Below are positions 60,375 through 64,000 of a DNA stretch of 64,000 bases, in pieces. The DNA is from Macrostomum lignano (lineage: Eukaryota): the NCBI GenBank assembly GCA_002269645.1, contig NIVC01002701.1, positions 1-64,000 of the forward strand, read 5' to 3'. Below the pieces are notes generated by a model that had not been told where the DNA came from, did not search any database, and saw only the letters and a list, made by a program, of their open reading frames with translations. The stretch's first letter is position 1. The number at the start of each line of letters is the position of its first letter. Position numbers and translations under genes: made by a program.

Positions 60375-63300
60375 GCAGCAAAGCCGACTAATTCGGCCAT
60401 CCCACTGCCCCGCGGTGGCCCTGTTGCCAGCAGGCTGCCTGCCCCCTCTGTCGCGCATAATCGGCGCTCCCTACTGGCGGCGCCAAATTCGGCTAGCGAC
60501 GCGTCGGCATCGGCGTCGCTTCAGATGACGGTCTCATCGCCGCCTGACGCCCTACGCCAGATGCTTGTCAATAACAGTAACAACTGCAGCAGCGGCTACC
60601 ACAATAGACTAAGCCAGCGTCAGCGAAAGGGCACATTCTGTGTTGAACCACCTGCGCCGCCTACTGACGAGGATTTTAGCGAAATTCAGCGAGCTGTGTT
60701 TGCCGCCGATGATGCTGTTGGTAAGTGTTCAGTTCAATATATTTTCGAGTTAGTTACTTCCGGCTTTGCGTAGTTTCTCTGAGTTTAAGTTATTTTTCCG
60801 GCTTTACGAAGGTCTTCTAAGTGTACGTTGTTTTTTCCGGATTTACGTAGGTCTTCTGGTTGTACGTTGTTTTCTCCGGCTTTACGTAGCTTTTCCCGGT
60901 TTACGTTGTTTTCCGGGTTTGAGTTGTTTTTCGTGTTTAATTTGTTTTCAGAGTTCCACCGCAAACCAAAATTTTCCCGTATCATTATCCGAGTAGATCT
61001 GTATCCGTAATCTGATAATTCATTTTTGGTAGCTTCCTATAACTTTTAATGACGTTAAATCCAGTAGAAACAGGCCCAGGGCCCCCTTGTAGCTGGCGTC
61101 TGGCGACGATGCCGCCCTTTTTTTCTTTGATAAATGCTTTAAATGAACGGAGATTAAATCCAAAACAGGAGAAAAGACAGGAGTTTCAGAGAACAAAAGC
61201 ATAGAAGTTACCTGGCCAACTTCATACTATCAGCTCTGGTCGTCACCAAAAAAGGTTCTCACCGCCCTCAGTTTGCTCAGTATGGCGCCCCTCAAGTGTA
61301 TATTGTGGCGCCCCCACTCAAAGTTAAAATCCACCCCATCTCATTTTATATTTCTGAATATTTTAGCCTCTAAGTATTACTGAATACAGAAAAGTGCATA
61401 CCTGTATGTGCTGTCTAATAACCTGGTAATCCGTAACTTACCGCAGCTGCGGCGAAGCTCTATTTGTTTCTTTCCGGGTTTACGTATTTTTTCCGGGTTT
61501 ACGTATTTTTTCCGGGTTTACGTATTTTTTCCTTGTTATTGTTATTTACCTCGACTCTAAACTGTTATTTGTTTTTTAAGCTTTGTTCCTTGCTACCAGT
61601 ATTTTCTCCATTAGATTTAAACATTTGTTTGGATGTTTTTATTTTCCGGGTTTGCATTTTTTTAGTTCGTTATAATACAAATGGAATCCGTTTTACGTGT
61701 TTTACTACTGAGCTGTACCTCTGTAACTTCTAGTTTAGAATATGAACAATTGTTTTCTTGAATTATCGGTACGTTAAATTTTAAAACGTACTACTGACTA
61801 GCAGTAATCAATTAAGAGACGAAATCCAACTAGAGAAGAAAAAAAGCCGTTTAAATTATTTATGTGTGCAGAATTTGGCATACAGCTGTGCTGACAGTAA
61901 AGCTGCGCTATTTGCTATGCCATTGCTGCCCGCCTGATCTGATACAACAGTTGGGTAAGAGACTAAAACCTGGGGAAGTTTTACAGGAGTATAAAAGAGA
62001 AAGATCTAGGGGTTGAGGGGTAGCTAATCCGCACCGTCACCTCCACCCACCCCTCACCGCCTGAGCAGGGTAGAGCACAGGGGCATTATCTGTGAGTCAG
62101 ATATTGGTTGGTCAGGTTAAGCAAGTATATGAATGAATGACTGTCTAATCCTGCTAATCCTGTACGAAATAAAGCGCCTAGTATGAACCAAAATTAATCT
62201 ACATGCAATCTTAACAGTTGAAATGAATCGAAGGCCATCTTTGACAACGGTAAAACCGACGGCATCAACTACTGCGTCCAGGGTAGCCCCCGTATCTGCA
62301 TTGAAAGTGCCTAGTAAAACCGGCGCTAAAACGGCAATTGGCGCCAAATCAGATAATGGCGCTAAAACGGCGATTGGCACCAAAACGGCAATCGGCGCCA
62401 GAACGGTAATTGGCGCCAAAACAAATAATGGCGCCAAAACGGCAATTGGCGCCAAAACAGATAATGGTGCTAAAACGGCGATTGGCGCCAAAACGGCAAT
62501 CGGCGCCAGAACGGCAATTGGCGCCAAAACAGATAATGGCGGTAAAACGACGATTGGCTCCAAAACGGCAATTGGCGCCAAAGCAGATAATGGCGCTAAA
62601 ACGACGATTGGCGCCAAAGATAATCCGTCTGGCGCTAAAACTGCGATTGGCGCTGACAAGCCTGCGACCAGCGCTAAGACTGTAAGCGGCGGCGCCAGAA
62701 CTTCTACAGCCGATTTGGGCGCCAGTATCAGCAAGTCGTCTGTGTCCCAGGCTTCTTCCCGCAAGTCGTCTATTGCTTCTACCTCCAGTGAGTTTTGCTG
62801 CTCTTGTTGCTCAAAATCCTCAGTTGCTGGGCCTCCCAGAGTGTCAGTTGCTGGGCCTCCCAGAGTGTCAGTTGCTGGGCCTCCCAGAGTGTCAGTTGCT
62901 GGGCCATGATGCTTACTCACCCCATACAACGCAGCCCGCAGCTCAGTGGCTGACAGACAGGCCTCAAGCAAGCAGCAAGTCAGGAAGCATCAGACGGCAG
63001 CCTCTGCTACCAGTGACAGGTCGCAGCGATCAACGCTGGCGTCTAGCAAAGGAGCTTCAACATCGGGCCCAGTTAAGTCAAACAACGTCCCATCGAAGGC
63101 GCCAGCCACGAGTTCTAAACAAATAAATGGAAGCAGACGGGTAAGTCATACTCCTGAACTGTCTACTTAGAATTTTTTGTCAGTAGCTCGGTGCGAAAGT
63201 CTAATATCTCAAATTCAGAAATCTAATCTCTCAGATTCAGCAATCTAATCTCTCAGATTGACAAATCTAATCTCATATTGACAAATCTAATCTCTCAGAT

Positions 63301-64000
63301 TGATAAATCTTATCTCTCAGATTGATAAATCTAATCTCTCAGATTGAAAAATCTAATCTCTCAGATTGACAAATCTAATCTCTCAGATTGATAAATCTAA
63401 TCTCTCAGATTGAAAAATCTAATCTCTCAGATTGAAAAATCTAATCTCTCAGATTGACAAATCTAATCTCATATTGACAAATCTAATCTCATATTGACAA
63501 ATCTAATCTCTCAGATTGATAAATCTTATCTCTCAGATTGATAAATCTTATCTCTCAGATTGATAAATCTAATCTCTCAGATTGAAAAATCTAATCTCTC
63601 AGATTGATAAATCTAATCTCTCAGATTGAAAAATCTAATCTCTCAGATTGATAGATCTAATCTCTCAGATTCAGAAATCTATAAATCCACCTTCATCCTC
63701 ACGCAGCCGTCTGTGAACGCGTCTTCGTCGTCGACCGCAGCCAATCGACGGGATTCGCTGACGGCCTCTGTGGCTTCCGGCCGCAGCACGCCGTCGGCGG
63801 CGTCGGCAGCTTCGGCCTCGGCGCTGGCCGCCGCCGCTATTGAATCGGCCGCCGCAGCAGCCGCCGCCGAAGCTGAGAAAGAGGCCGCCTTGTTGGCCGC
63901 ATCGGATGCGCGATCGGCTAGAGACGCCGCTCTTGCCGAGTGTCGCCGACTCGCCCTGACGGTTGAATCTCTCGCCGTTGTGTGCGGCTACGCTGCCAGA
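60375..64000 (+). CDS. Partial Ser/Thr/Ala-rich protein with SxIP-type motifs and a helical C-terminal part, possibly an MTUS1/2-like microtubule plus-end protein; 5' and 3' incomplete
   Basis: Exons 60375-60720, 62218-62787, 62935-63140 and 63707->64000 join with GT-AG and matching phases (1, 1, 0). Motifs NSAIPLPR, ASRLPAP, RKGTF. The end LALTVESLAVVCGY loosely resembles MTUS FEALTVVIQH. The family assignment is weak. Confidence 0.6.
60790..61530. repeat. Two clusters of ttttccgggtttacgt-type subrepeats, probably a DNA-transposon subterminal remnant
   Basis: Arrays at ~60790-60925 and ~61465-61530 in the same orientation. Confidence 0.6.
63215..63680. repeat. 22-bp minisatellite (aaatctaatctctcagattgat)n in an intron
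   Basis: Direct tandem array ending about 25 nt before the 63707 acceptor. Confidence 0.95.

Noticed and set aside
62117-62971. 284-aa minus-strand ORF (LAPIAV repeats)
   Set aside because: Antisense shadow of the plus-strand exon. The plus strand has phase-matched splice sites and the minus strand has none that I could find.

Overview
Eukaryotic, intron-containing invertebrate DNA rich in satellites. The composition resembles a free-living flatworm such as Macrostomum (inference only). No rRNA, tRNA or CRISPR features were found. I assembled by eye, using GT-AG junctions and phase checks: (1) a 3-exon PKA-regulatory-subunit-like gene whose two cNMP domains lack the cAMP phosphate-binding cassette (2050-3191, -); (2) a head-to-head pair of 12-exon DEG/ENaC genes (5245-11100, - and 17200-26790, +), about 1040 aa each, whose finger region carries two kringle-like domains with a WSC domain nested inside the first kringle on a symmetric phase 1-1 exon; (3) between them, a decayed intron-containing Crypton/DUF3504-type tyrosine recombinase inside a cluster of GTCTATGG-bearing inverted repeats; (4) a 5'-truncated RTE-like LINE nested in a dispersed repeat; (5) an 8-Cys Ly6/three-finger gene with a GPI-type tail; (6) a 13-exon Semaphorin-5 gene; (7) part of a Ser/Ala-rich SxIP-motif gene, possibly MTUS-like, running off the window end; plus several MITEs and many mini- and microsatellites. 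The best candidate for an undescribed system is the kringle/WSC DEG/ENaC pair. Its pore and scaffold segments are near-identical between paralogues while the candidate ligand-binding modules are strongly diverged. Three single-base lesions (a splice donor missing its T and two homopolymer frameshifts) may be assembly errors, so pseudogene calls are provisional.
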